DNA from: an uncultured Pseudomonadales bacterium
GTDB lineage: Bacteria > Patescibacteriota > Microgenomatia > UBA1400 > MFAQ01
Length of the DNA stretch: 64,000 nucleotides
Direction of reading: 5' to 3'
Assembly: GCA_964357975.1 (NCBI GenBank)
Contig: CAYHNG010000001.1
Coordinates: 47,007-111,006, forward strand
Shown: positions 49,630-59,986 of the stretch, in pieces
Position numbering within the stretch: the first letter of the stretch is position 1
Layout: each line of letters starts with the position of its first letter
Translations under genes and position numbers: made by a program
The notes under the pieces: generated by a model
What the model was told of the DNA's origin: nothing
Database searches by the model: none
What the model saw: the letters and a program-made list of their open reading frames with translations, nothing else

Positions 49630-51312
49630 TTATCGATCGGAAACGGCATATAAGCCTGAAGACCGGTTGAGAAAGGGTACGAATAAACGCTGTTTGGAGG
49701 AACCAAGAATCTCTTTGGGTAGGCTCCACGGACCGGCAATATAGAGATTATCTTGACCGTGATCGATGTCCGGCCAGTTGATGGGTGTAAAAAGATAATT
49801 ATCGAAGTCGCTTCCACCAAGCTTTCTGCGAGGATCGGAATTGTAAATATTTGGGTCATACTGTGAATAAAAGAGGAAGTAGAGAAACGGAACGCCGTAG
49901 GTATAGGGACCTTGCGTACCGAATTGAGGGTCGACGTAAACTCGGTCGTACTCCCCGTGATGCTCACCGGCAAAAATGGCCACCTGTTTCCAGCCGAAAG
50001 ACCTGGTTTCCGAAAGCTCCACCGGATAGTGAAGGGTATAGAAGTCCATGAATCGGACTATGCCAAAAAGATAGCCGGCGATAACCAGGACAAGCAAGAG
50101 ATGTTTCATTGTGTTGGTGCGTACTGCACCCAAGCATTGCGTAAGCCCGAGAGCAATAAGGATAGAAATTACAGGGACTACATTTAGGGTCCGCAGTGAG
50201 TGCTGGCTGTTGTTGGTGATAGAGGCCGGCAAGAAAGAGAGAAGAAACCAAACGAGAAGGATCCGAGTAACAAAGCTTTCGGTGATAGAGGCATTGAAAA
50301 ATTTCTTGGACGAGAGTAAAAGCCAGAAACCAATGAGGAGAAAGGGGTACTCGATGGCCAAGATCACTCCCTGACCGGGCCAGCCCGGTGTAGACAGACC
50401 AAGCCCGTTTCCGAGATAAAAATTGGCGGAAAAATATTCCATAAATCTTTTGAACCATAAACCAGCGAGTCCAATGATGGAGGTAAATGAAGCGAGGGGG
50501 TGGTAAGAAAACTTCGGTAAAAGACCATTGGTATAGTCGTAATCTTTTGACAAAAAGGTCATGCCGGCTCTGGATGCTCCCGGACCGATGATAAAGTTTT
50601 GAACAAAGAAGAAAGTGACGCCAAAGAAAAGAACACCGGTGATCAAGAGAGAGACCTTATCCTTCCGGTACCATCCGGTAAGACAGTGAAGAAAGTATCG
50701 ATAATCAGCCAGAATAAAGAAAATGTTGAGGAGAGGCACAACGATTTTGGTAGAGTGATAGGTAATGGCCGAGAGATAGGCAAAGACGAACATAAAAAAG
50801 AAATGAAGCAAACGGCCCGACTTTCGAAACTCAAAGAGAAAGAGCAGATTGGCCAGCAAAAAAGTAAGGGCAAGAACGGCCTCGAAACCGGAACGAGAAA
50901 AAACAATCAACCAGGGAGATAAAGAGAAAAGAAGAGCGGTTAAATAAGACAAGAGTGAATATTTTTGGTTAAAAATATGCCGCCTAGTTAGATACCAAAG
51001 TAGAAAAATGTTGAAGGCGGAGAAAATGGCCACCGGAAGCCGCACACTCCATTCATTTAGACCCAGAAGCCAAACAAAGGGAACTGTCAGATAAACAAGC
51101 ACCGGTGCCTTATAGTCCCCGACCGAACGGAAAGAAATCGGAAACGGGATTCCCCACTCATCCTTACCGGTTTTCAAGATAGAAAAAGCGTTATAACCGA
51201 TGGAGACTTCGTCGATGGTTAAATGTGGCGGGTACTCGGTTAGTCGATAAAGGCGGGTAAAGTAGGTGATAACGAGGATGATGACCCAAAATAATATTTT
51301 CTGTTTGGTCAT
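49630..51312 (-). CDS. GT-C paralogue 6
   Basis: IDEVSIGYNAFSILKTGKDE, SVGDYKAP, SPW..FSRSGFE. Confidence 0.9.
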   Translation of the reverse strand: MTKQKILFWVIILVITYFTRLYRLTEYPPHLTIDEVSIGYNAFSILKTGKDEWGIPFPISFRSVGDYKAPVLVYLTVPFVWLLGLNEWSVRLPVAIFSAFNIFLLWYLTRRHIFNQKYSLLSYLTALLFSLSPWLIVFSRSGFEAVLALTFLLANLLFLFEFRKSGRLLHFFFMFVFAYLSAITYHSTKIVVPLLNIFFILADYRYFLHCLTGWYRKDKVSLLITGVLFFGVTFFFVQNFIIGPGASRAGMTFLSKDYDYTNGLLPKFSYHPLASFTSIIGLAGLWFKRFMEYFSANFYLGNGLGLSTPGWPGQGVILAIEYPFLLIGFWLLLSSKKFFNASITESFVTRILLVWFLLSFLPASITNNSQHSLRTLNVVPVISILIALGLTQCLGAVRTNTMKHLLLVLVIAGYLFGIVRFMDFYTLHYPVELSETRSFGWKQVAIFAGEHHGEYDRVYVDPQFGTQGPYTYGVPFLYFLFYSQYDPNIYNSDPRRKLGGSDFDNYLFTPINWPDIDHGQDNLYIAGPWSLPKEILGSSKQRLFVPFLNRSSGLYAVSDR

Positions 51313-52013
51313 AGCTTAAAGTAGGCGGTGATATTCAGCTGGTACAGAAGGTAGACGATATTGGCTATCAGAAAACCAAGCTGAGTCTTTTTTGAAGTTG
51401 TAGAAAAGCCGACAACAGAGAGGAGGGCGAGAAAAAAGAGCACGGCGAAACTAAAGACAAGTGCTTGGTCTACGTAGATAAGACCGGTGAGTAAAAGGAG
51501 AAGGCTCAGAGCCGGAACAAAAAAGTATAAATTGTGAACAGGTTTTTCCCGATGAGCAAAACGAAAATAACGATAAAGAAAATAAATATCCCACGGAAAA
51601 AGATAGCCTAACGGATAGTACTGGTCTAGCCGGTGCCAAAACCCTGAGGCAAAAAGCGCCATTGGGGACAAGAGTTTGTCGAAGTTGTTGATGAAGGTGA
51701 GAGACAGGTCCGTTTTGTTATGAATTAACCTGGAAAGGAGACTGCTTTGGAACTGAGGATGTTCCCCCCTTTGAGCATTGATAGCATTCAGTAAACCCAG
51801 ATCAAGGCCGAGTCGTGGCTTTAGGATAGTCAAGGCAAAGACGATGAGCGCCAGAAAAATAAGAAATTGACCAAGAGATGGTTTTTGGAAAAGATTAAAA
51901 AGTAGATATCCAAGCGATAAGGAGAGAAAAAGAAATAAGGGAGGTTGTCCGGAGAAGACGATAAAAGGTATTAACAAAAGATAGAGAAAGCCAAAGAGGC
52001 CAATTTTTGGCAT
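51309..52013 (-). CDS. Short membrane protein resembling the middle part of the GT-C paralogues
   Basis: INAQRGEH..SRLIHNK..LSP..LF segment. No DE motif. Confidence 0.65.
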   Translation of the reverse strand: MPKIGLFGFLYLLLIPFIVFSGQPPLFLFLSLSLGYLLFNLFQKPSLGQFLIFLALIVFALTILKPRLGLDLGLLNAINAQRGEHPQFQSSLLSRLIHNKTDLSLTFINNFDKLLSPMALFASGFWHRLDQYYPLGYLFPWDIYFLYRYFRFAHREKPVHNLYFFVPALSLLLLLTGLIYVDQALVFSFAVLFFLALLSVVGFSTTSKKTQLGFLIANIVYLLYQLNITAYFKL

Positions 52014-52015
52014 AT

Positions 52016-53266
52016 CTACTTAAGGTGTCCCCTCCTCCTTGTTTGAAGAAGGTCGAAAATAAGAAAGAGACTGACGCCGGCAAACAGACTTCTCACTGAG
52101 CTTTTCAAGAAAACCAAGTCTGTTTTGGCCGCTAAAAGTTTATCAATACCGGGAAAATTATTTAAGCTTTGGTTGATCACGGCGAAAAGCCCTACAGAAA
52201 GAGAGTTATCGAACGTAAGGACAATAAAGATGTAACAGGCAAGTAGCGTCAAATGGAGCCAGAGGTTGCGCCACCGATTGGCGACCAACTCAATAACGAT
52301 GAAAGGAGAAACCCAAAGAAACCACTGGGGGTGGTAATGAGTGACCGAAAAGAGAAGAAGAAAATAACCCAGATAATATTTCCATAATTTCTGAATTGGG
52401 TGGGAAGCCCGGAAGGCGTGTAAGTAGATGAGAACCACTCCGAGAAGATAAGGATAGACACCTTCGGCGGCAGTCACCATCCATTCCATATAGAACATCT
52501 TTTGTGATTTGGCGCCAAATACCATGTACTTGAACGCTGATGAGGACAGAAAGGGAGCAATGGTGAGGAAATATGGAACTAAGCCACAAAGGGCAATCTT
52601 CAGACGATCCCAAAAATCTTTACCGGCAAAGATAATAAAGGGGAGAAGAAAGATGGGATATTGTTTGTAGGCGGCACCTAAAGAAATCATTACAGCCGCC
52701 AGATAAAGATTTTTCCTTTTGGCGAAATAGAGAGAAAGGACGGTGAATAGTGCCGGGATTATATCGAAAACACCCATGGAAAAAGTGGCGTAGAAAGTGA
52801 CCGGATTAAATAACCAGAGCAGGAATGCCCACTTCTTTTGTTTCTCTTCATCGAAAAGGGAGGCCAAAGCAAAAGCCATGCCGATATCGATCAGAAGATA
52901 GGGGAGTTTTAAAAGGATTAGGTTAAAAGATAAATTGGGAAGGGTATATACCGACACTCCACTCATCAAGTCCAAAAAGAACTTTTCCGGGATTATCCAA
53001 GAAAACATTTTGAGAAAACTGCCCAGTGTGAAGTATGTCAGAGGCGGATAGATAAATATGTCCCCTACTCCGAAATTTTGTACTAACGGATGAGTAGTCG
53101 GGAGACTAACGAGATGGTCGTAAATATTGGAAACGTTTTTGTAAGCAAAAAAGTAACTGGTCAGTACCTGTCCGGAGAGATCGGGGTGAAAAGTGATACC
53201 CATGACGACGAGCCGTAGAATAATGGCGACGATTAGAGCTACCCAAAGCGCTTTGGTGAGTTTCAT
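52016..53266 (-). CDS. GT-C membrane glycosyltransferase (GT87/DUF2029-like)
   Basis: HPD, YPPL, LKLPY..D, WLFNP, G.FD, KQYP, PQWFLW. Confidence 0.8.
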   Translation of the reverse strand: MKLTKALWVALIVAIILRLVVMGITFHPDLSGQVLTSYFFAYKNVSNIYDHLVSLPTTHPLVQNFGVGDIFIYPPLTYFTLGSFLKMFSWIIPEKFFLDLMSGVSVYTLPNLSFNLILLKLPYLLIDIGMAFALASLFDEEKQKKWAFLLWLFNPVTFYATFSMGVFDIIPALFTVLSLYFAKRKNLYLAAVMISLGAAYKQYPIFLLPFIIFAGKDFWDRLKIALCGLVPYFLTIAPFLSSSAFKYMVFGAKSQKMFYMEWMVTAAEGVYPYLLGVVLIYLHAFRASHPIQKLWKYYLGYFLLLFSVTHYHPQWFLWVSPFIVIELVANRWRNLWLHLTLLACYIFIVLTFDNSLSVGLFAVINQSLNNFPGIDKLLAAKTDLVFLKSSVRSLFAGVSLFLIFDLLQTRRRGHLK

Positions 53267-53326
53267 TTTGATGATTTAGTATACCAAGTCCTGAAGTAAG
53301 GATGAAATATTTGTTAGAATTGGAGG

Positions 53327-54877
53327 GTGAGACAAAATAAATGGCTAATTTTAGGTGGTATCTTTATCTTGGCACTATTGGTCCGATTTTATGCTTTTCG
53401 GGAAAGTGTTTATTTTGGCTTTGACCAAGCCAGAGATGCTTACATTTCGCAAGATATTTTTCTAAAACATGATTTGAGATTTATTGGTCCTCCGGTGTCC
53501 GGGGATACCGGACTATTTCACGGACCACTCTTTTGGTACATCTTAGGACCAATTTATCTGCTGTTAAACGGTGACCCGGCTTTGGTATCCGGAGTTTTCA
53601 GAATACTGAACGCGCTAGGAGTGTTTCTGGTTTTTGGCATCAGCGGATCACTTTTTGGTCCGTTTGTAGGCTACATCTCTGCTTTGTTCTACGCGTTCTC
53701 CTATGAACAGAGTCAGTATTCTCTCTATGTCGGCAATCCCGCACTGGGCGTCCTTTCTGTAATGTTGATATTTTTGGGGGCCGTTTTAATTTATAAAAAC
53801 AGTAAATACGCCAAATGGAGTCCTCTACTAATGCTGGGAGGGGCGGCTTTTTCGATGCAGATGAACCTGATGTTTGTCTACACCTTCGCTATCGTGGCCA
53901 CTTTACTATTTTTACTAAGGAACAAAATAGGCAAAATTGCCGGAAAGTTTTGGTTGTGGGGAATGGTGTTAACAGGTTTGCTACTCTCTACCTTTTTATT
54001 GGTGGAAATTAAATACAATTTCCGAAGTTTCCGGCTGGCCTCCACTATGCTAAAAGCCGGTTATGGGGTGATGGACGCGACGGCTTCCAAATATGTACTT
54101 TTCTTAAACAAAGAGATGGCCATGTATCGTGATAACGTTTTGGCGACAAATAATCAAACTGCGCTAATGGTTTTGGCTATGTTTGTTTCGGTTTGGGTCT
54201 TGTATCAGGCAATTAAAAACAAGAACTTCCAGATTTTAGCGGTGTGGTTGTTTGGTTGGCTTTTCCTAATGATGCTAGGTGGACATACCGCCTATTACAC
54301 TAACGCCGGTCTGGGAACGGCCGTGATTATTGCCGTCGCCGTACTGATAGAAAAAATAAAAAACATCAATAAGTATTTAGCCATCATTTACTGTGGACTA
54401 ATTATCTGGGGAAACTTAAATATGATAAAGACACAAGCTCCGAAAAGTCTGATCCAAGAAATGATTACCCAACAGTCGATGAAGCTTGCCGACGAACACA
54501 AAATGATTGACGAAATGTATACCATTGCCGAAGGTAAGGGCTTTACGGTGCGAATGACCGGAGTGCCCTACAATATTCAAACAGTTTGGGCTTATCTTTT
54601 TCATCAATATGGCTTACCAAAGTATGGCTACCTGCCTTTCTGGGAAGTGGGCAATGTCACGGCTTTCCCCGGCGAGATGCCCGTACCCAAGAGTGGTTCA
54701 ACCTGTCTAAGATTTTTGGGAAGAGAGCCCATGCATGGGCTACCACAAGTATTAGTGGACAATGATGAGGGATTGGAAAAAAAGTTTTCTATAATGGTGA
54801 ACAAGAAGAGTATTGGCAGCTTTACTCTGGAAACTCGAATGTCTATTGACGCTGATTGCCACGACCGCAGACCTTAA
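53327..54877 (+). CDS. GT-C membrane glycosyltransferase
   Basis: FDQARD..FIGPP..FHGPLFWY, multiple TM helices. Confidence 0.85.
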   Translation: MRQNKWLILGGIFILALLVRFYAFRESVYFGFDQARDAYISQDIFLKHDLRFIGPPVSGDTGLFHGPLFWYILGPIYLLLNGDPALVSGVFRILNALGVFLVFGISGSLFGPFVGYISALFYAFSYEQSQYSLYVGNPALGVLSVMLIFLGAVLIYKNSKYAKWSPLLMLGGAAFSMQMNLMFVYTFAIVATLLFLLRNKIGKIAGKFWLWGMVLTGLLLSTFLLVEIKYNFRSFRLASTMLKAGYGVMDATASKYVLFLNKEMAMYRDNVLATNNQTALMVLAMFVSVWVLYQAIKNKNFQILAVWLFGWLFLMMLGGHTAYYTNAGLGTAVIIAVAVLIEKIKNINKYLAIIYCGLIIWGNLNMIKTQAPKSLIQEMITQQSMKLADEHKMIDEMYTIAEGKGFTVRMTGVPYNIQTVWAYLFHQYGLPKYGYLPFWEVGNVTAFPGEMPVPKSGSTCLRFLGREPMHGLPQVLVDNDEGLEKKFSIMVNKKSIGSFTLETRMSIDADCHDRRP

Positions 54878-55689
54878 TTCCGTAGTTTCTTGTACTTGAC
54901 GATTTTCTGCCATCTTTGGCCCACGCGCAGAACAAAGTTTAATAAAGCCGAGCCGATGACACCATGGTAGATCTGAGCCGATCTGGCCAGAGGGCTTTTG
55001 AGGTGGTTAGTAAAATTGCCACTAACCCCATGAGCATGTTGAACTTTGGCCTTTGGGAGATAATAAATCGGAAGTCCATATTGGTGAAGACGGCGGCAAA
55101 ATTCGACATCCTCATAATAAAGAAAGAACCTTTCGTCTAATCCTCCGACGTAGTTGAGAACCGACTTTGGAACCAAGAAGGCGGCCATGACCGCAACGTC
55201 CACAGTGGTAACTTCATCTCCCGGATTGTATTTGTTAAAGCAATCCTTACAGCCAAAAAAGTAAAACTTGATGGCATTGACTATTGTAGGGAACTTGAAA
55301 CAGGAAGGCTGAATATTGCCATCATTATTAAGGAGACGTGGCGCAACCGCACCCAACTTGGAAGTTTTCTTGGCAAAATCCAAGAGGTACTTGAGGGCAG
55401 AGCCGACAATGCGAGTGTCCGGATTGATGATCAAAACATACTCACCGTGACAAATTTTTATCCCTTGATTGATCGCTTTCGAAAAACCGATGTTTTCGGT
55501 GTTTCTGATAACTGTTGGCTTTAAAGGATGTTTTTGAGCTCTGTCGGCTCCTTTATCTCCGGGATAGTTATCAACTACGATAATTTCTTTGGAGATACTG
55601 TCACGATTCTTCTGAATTGAGTCCAAAAAAGGGACGATGGTGTCTTCCGATTTGTAACCGACAGTGATGATGGACAGATCAATTTGCAT
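54874..55689 (-). CDS. GT2 glycosyltransferase (WbbL-like)
   Basis: NIGFSKAINQG, INPD, GGLDERFFLYYEDVE. Confidence 0.9.
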   Translation of the reverse strand: MQIDLSIITVGYKSEDTIVPFLDSIQKNRDSISKEIIVVDNYPGDKGADRAQKHPLKPTVIRNTENIGFSKAINQGIKICHGEYVLIINPDTRIVGSALKYLLDFAKKTSKLGAVAPRLLNNDGNIQPSCFKFPTIVNAIKFYFFGCKDCFNKYNPGDEVTTVDVAVMAAFLVPKSVLNYVGGLDERFFLYYEDVEFCRRLHQYGLPIYYLPKAKVQHAHGVSGNFTNHLKSPLARSAQIYHGVIGSALLNFVLRVGQRWQKIVKYKKLRN

Positions 55690-56557
55690 AGGGAGTGTTC
55701 ACTAATTGAAAAACTTGTTGGTCGGAAAGAAGGAAGTTTCGCCTACGGCCTTTGGTTATATAGTCTTTGAGGGCGGTAAAAACTACTTTCAAATATCTGG
55801 GGTGTTTGAAGGAGTTGCTTACAAGAAAACCGACATGGGAAAGCAACATTTTAAAATCGGAGAAATTTTGCCAAGTAAAGAGAAGCTCGTTCCTCTGTTT
55901 GACCAGATCCATATATTGCTTATTTTTAAGACCAAAAGTTGATTCGTGATGATGGACGACTTTGGGTTCCGGCGCCCAGATAATTTTGTAGCCGGACCGC
56001 CAGGCGCGCCAACCAATGTCGATATCCTCCCAGTAGGCCGGGCTATAAATCTCATTAAAACCGCCTAGTTTATCCCAAATAGAACGACGGAGTATACAGC
56101 TTCCTCCGGAAGGCCAAGCCGAAAAATGAGGATGTTTTTTGTCCTCGCCTCGGACAAACTGGAACTTCCCCGAATGCCAAGATACTTGGGGCCAGGAAGA
56201 GTTTTCTTCATTAAAGTTGACCGCGAAAACTTTGGGGTCTTGGAAATACTTGAGAGCCGACTGGATATAACCGGACTGAGGATAGACGTCATTATTGATA
56301 AAAACCAGAAAGTCGGCTTTGGAGTGTGAGACACCTTCGTTGACCGATTTGGAGAAGCCGATATTTTCCTCGTGGCGAATGCAGATAACTTGGGGTGCCC
56401 ACTTCTTCATATATTTCGGGGCATTATCAGTACCTCCATCGTCAACCACAATAATTTTATCGACCTCAGGAGAAGTCTTGATAACTACCGGAAGATTTTT
56501 TTCCAAAAGCCACTCGGCGTTGTAGGAAGGAATGACGATATCTATGGTTGGTTTCAT
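55679..56557 (-). CDS. GT2 glycosyltransferase (WbbL-like)
   Basis: IPSYN, NIGFS, INND, GGFNE..YWEDID. Confidence 0.9.
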   Translation of the reverse strand: MKPTIDIVIPSYNAEWLLEKNLPVVIKTSPEVDKIIVVDDGGTDNAPKYMKKWAPQVICIRHEENIGFSKSVNEGVSHSKADFLVFINNDVYPQSGYIQSALKYFQDPKVFAVNFNEENSSWPQVSWHSGKFQFVRGEDKKHPHFSAWPSGGSCILRRSIWDKLGGFNEIYSPAYWEDIDIGWRAWRSGYKIIWAPEPKVVHHHESTFGLKNKQYMDLVKQRNELLFTWQNFSDFKMLLSHVGFLVSNSFKHPRYLKVVFTALKDYITKGRRRNFLLSDQQVFQLVNTPYAN

Positions 56558-56614
56558 CCTGCCTAAAGTATATCAGGAGGTGGAATGGTTTAGGCCACTT
56601 AACTAATGAAGGTT

Positions 56615-57523
56615 TTAGATTGACAAGAAATCAAGCACCCTACTCAGCAGGCTTTGCTTGGACGCCAATGTAAATCCGGATACCCCAGACACCTTAACTT
56701 CTGTAGGAATTGTGACAGTAAATAATCCGAGTAATTTTTGAACCATAACACCGTCAATTAGATACAAAACCTGTCCGTTTTCAACAACAAGTTCTAATCG
56801 TTCCAGCGAACCGGATGGCGTGACACGAAAGTTTAGATCATCTGAAACCAACTTGACAGCTTCCTCAGGGAGAATCTTGACCTCAAACTCCTTTCCCTCT
56901 GACTCGACAAAAATCTGTTGAGTTTTCGGGTCTATGTTTAGTGATAACTCTGTATGAACAGTGGTACTGCCTTGAGTGATCTCTATCGAGCTATCATCCG
57001 GGCTATTTTTGAAACTGACCACACCGTGTTCAATTTCCATCTCTATCTCTTTATCCTCTATTTCTTCGGTTTCACCAGACTCACTAGCGACCAATATTTT
57101 CATACTACTTTCGCTTTGAATCTTGATTTGTTCAATACTTTCTTGCTTCTGCTCCTTGTCTTCCTCTTCGATCTTTTTGACTATTTCACTATTAGTTTCT
57201 CTGATTTTTTGTTCTTCCTCGTCATTCTTTTTGAGTTGCTCCCTAACTCTTTCGATCTCTTTTTTGCCCGCTTCTTTTTGCTTTTCTTCTTCAATTTGCT
57301 CCTGCTCTTCTACCACTTCATTTTGTTCTTCAGCCTCCTTCGGCTCTTGATTTTCATCCCGTTCCACATCTCCTGCCTTATCGTCTTCATCCCCTAACAC
57401 AGAAGGTGAAGATTGGGTAATGTTTCCATTTAAGTCGATTCTGATTAAAGCGTAAACTGGTTTGGATACAAAGACGACGAATAAAGCGGTTAATATTAAT
57501 GGGATAAGAGATTTGTTTGTCAT
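56615..57523 (-). CDS. Secreted hypothetical protein with E/K-rich low-complexity region
   Basis: Signal peptide ending VYA, acidic coiled-coil-like tract, C-terminal KLLGLF..LDFLS. Confidence 0.8.
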   Translation of the reverse strand: MTNKSLIPLILTALFVVFVSKPVYALIRIDLNGNITQSSPSVLGDEDDKAGDVERDENQEPKEAEEQNEVVEEQEQIEEEKQKEAGKKEIERVREQLKKNDEEEQKIRETNSEIVKKIEEEDKEQKQESIEQIKIQSESSMKILVASESGETEEIEDKEIEMEIEHGVVSFKNSPDDSSIEITQGSTTVHTELSLNIDPKTQQIFVESEGKEFEVKILPEEAVKLVSDDLNFRVTPSGSLERLELVVENGQVLYLIDGVMVQKLLGLFTVTIPTEVKVSGVSGFTLASKQSLLSRVLDFLSI

Positions 57524-57730
57524 GTAGTCATGTTAGCACGATAACCAAAAAGGCGACGATATTGACTATACAACCACGCTCTCCTTTTGAATCCTCTCAA
57601 TTAAGTCACCTCTGAGAAATCTCACACGTCATCGCCCAAAGATATCATAAGTTGATGGACTGGCTCCCCTCCTCCTAATAACTACACATGGACTATAATT
57701 GAGAGGTGATTGTAATTACCCCATATTGAG

Positions 57731-59986
57731 ATGAAAAGAATACTCAGGTTTTGGCCCTTCTTGGTTTTTGTGATTGCTTGTTTTGTTTATTATTGGCGAG
57801 TATTTTTGAAGGGGGATGTCCCCTTTCCGGGAGACCTAATGGTTGGAGCCTACCTGCCCTGGCTGGAGAACAAGTGGGGCTTCCCTACCGGTGTGCCGGT
57901 AAAAAACCCCTTAATATCGGATATTTTTTCGCAGTTCTATATGTGGAAGAGTTTGGTGGCCGAATCGTGGCGACACCTCCAAATTCCTCTGTGGAATCCC
58001 TTCTCGTATTCCGGGTACCCTTTGATGGCTAATTTCCATTCCGGCGCATTTTATCCGCTGGGTTTTCTCTATCTACTACTGGGAGATATTAAGGGTTGGG
58101 ATTTTCTGGTGGTACTACCTTCGCTGGCTACCGCTATCACGATGTATTTATATCTCCGACAAATTAAAGTCAAGAAGGTTGGAGCGGTGGCCGGTGGCAT
58201 TATTTATGCCTACTCCGGCTTTGCTATTAGCTGGGCCCAGTTTGTGACCGCTGCCCATGCCATGATCTGGATGCCCTTGATCTTTATTGTGTTGGAAAAA
58301 TTTTTCGACTCCAAAAAAACCCACTATCTGTACTATCTACCCCTGATCTTCTTTCTACTGATTACCTCAGGACACTTCCAGATAATGGTCTATATCACAG
58401 TGTTGACTGTAATCTATTTTGCCTGGAAATGGATGGAGGCCAAAGACTATAAATTGTTTCTGGCGACCATCGTCCCCGGACTGCTGACACTAGGGCTAGC
58501 AGCTTTTCAGATGTTACCCACATTGGAACTAACCAAATACGGGCTGAGGTCGGTAGAAAACTATATTGCCGGATATAACTACGGTTTACTGCCTATAAAG
58601 TATTTGACTACTTTGATTGCGCCTGATTATTTTGGTAACCCCGCAACAGGAAACTTCTTTGGAGTCTTCAACTATCATGAAGCCATTTTTTACACGGGAG
58701 TTTTAACGGTTTTCTGTTTTGTTCTGTCTCTTTTTCTCTATAAATCCAATAAATATGTCAGATTCTTCCTCTTCGCTACAATAATCGCCTTTCTATTCGG
58801 CTTTGACACGCCGCTCGGAAAAGCAGTTTACACCTTTAACGTCCCGGGTTTGTCGACCAGTGCGGCAGGTAGAATAGCCGTGATCTTTTCTATGAGTCTG
58901 GCGGTATTGTCGGGCATCGTTTTGTCTAACTTAGAAAAGATTAGTTTTAATAAAATATTGTTTACTATCGGAATTATTGGTTTGGCCTACTCAACAATTT
59001 ATTACTTGGCTCGTTTTACCGACGGAATATTGCTGTCTCCCAATAATCCCGGTATGCTTCTGGCTCAGAGAAGAGCTGTAACTTTAAGAAATTTGATTTT
59101 ACCCGGTGCTTTTGTCGGCCTGTATTCGCTGATTTTTCTCTTGGCTAAAAAGTGGAAAGTTCTGACCGGTCTGCTGATAGTGGTAATTTGTCTGGAAATG
59201 TTTAGATTTGGTTGGAAGTATATTCCGTTTGTGCCGGAAAGAATTGTTTACCCCGATACGCCAGTGATTTCCTTTTTAAAAGAAAAGGCAGAAGCGGAAG
59301 TCTTTAGAATCGATCGGGAAAGAGCAGAGATCATGCCACCGGCTACTTGGATGCAGTACCGCTTTATGAGCCCTTCCGGATACGATCCGATGGCTATAAA
59401 AGACTATGCAAGCGCTTATCAGGAGAAAATAAACGGAAACTTTAGTGGTCAAGTAGGAAGATACTCGGAGCTGGAAAGATACGATTCGAAGGCGTTGGGT
59501 GATTTTAACGTTAAGTATTTGTTGGTGATTAAGAGAGATAAGGTTGGTAAACTTGGGGGGGATAACATTAACTATTCGATAAATCAAAAGGAGTGGAAAA
59601 AGGTTTTTGAAAGTAGTGCCACAGCAATTCTGGAAAATATATACTATCAACCCAGAGCTAGGTACTTGGGTGAAGCAGGTGGTGGTATAACGATCACCTC
59701 CTATACTCCAAACACCATTAAACTTTCCTACCTTGATGGGGCAAATAAAACCTTATTGCTAGCCGATACCTGGTATCCAGGTTGGAAGGCGTTCGTAAAT
59801 AACAAAGAAGTAGAAATTGAAAAATGCGAAGGTATTTTCCGATGTATTAAACTTACCGACAAAGTAGGTGAAGTGGTGTTTGATTATCAACCGGCCAGCT
59901 TTTGGCTGGGACTCAAGATTAGCATAGTCAGCGCGCTACTCACTCTGGTCGCACTATTTAGAACAAGGAGCCATCAGGCGGACTGA
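57731..59986 (+). CDS. YfhO-family GT-C membrane protein
   Basis: PLWNPFSYSGYPLMAN, SGHFQ, GYDP, DTWYPGWKAFVN and a final TM helix. Confidence 0.88.
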   Translation: MKRILRFWPFLVFVIACFVYYWRVFLKGDVPFPGDLMVGAYLPWLENKWGFPTGVPVKNPLISDIFSQFYMWKSLVAESWRHLQIPLWNPFSYSGYPLMANFHSGAFYPLGFLYLLLGDIKGWDFLVVLPSLATAITMYLYLRQIKVKKVGAVAGGIIYAYSGFAISWAQFVTAAHAMIWMPLIFIVLEKFFDSKKTHYLYYLPLIFFLLITSGHFQIMVYITVLTVIYFAWKWMEAKDYKLFLATIVPGLLTLGLAAFQMLPTLELTKYGLRSVENYIAGYNYGLLPIKYLTTLIAPDYFGNPATGNFFGVFNYHEAIFYTGVLTVFCFVLSLFLYKSNKYVRFFLFATIIAFLFGFDTPLGKAVYTFNVPGLSTSAAGRIAVIFSMSLAVLSGIVLSNLEKISFNKILFTIGIIGLAYSTIYYLARFTDGILLSPNNPGMLLAQRRAVTLRNLILPGAFVGLYSLIFLLAKKWKVLTGLLIVVICLEMFRFGWKYIPFVPERIVYPDTPVISFLKEKAEAEVFRIDRERAEIMPPATWMQYRFMSPSGYDPMAIKDYASAYQEKINGNFSGQVGRYSELERYDSKALGDFNVKYLLVIKRDKVGKLGGDNINYSINQKEWKKVFESSATAILENIYYQPRARYLGEAGGGITITSYTPNTIKLSYLDGANKTLLLADTWYPGWKAFVNNKEVEIEKCEGIFRCIKLTDKVGEVVFDYQPASFWLGLKISIVSALLTLVALFRTRSHQAD

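Noticed and set aside
57100-57390. Purine/pyrimidine-skewed low-complexity stretch
   Set aside because: It is explained by the E/K-rich coding region and has no discrete repeat unit.
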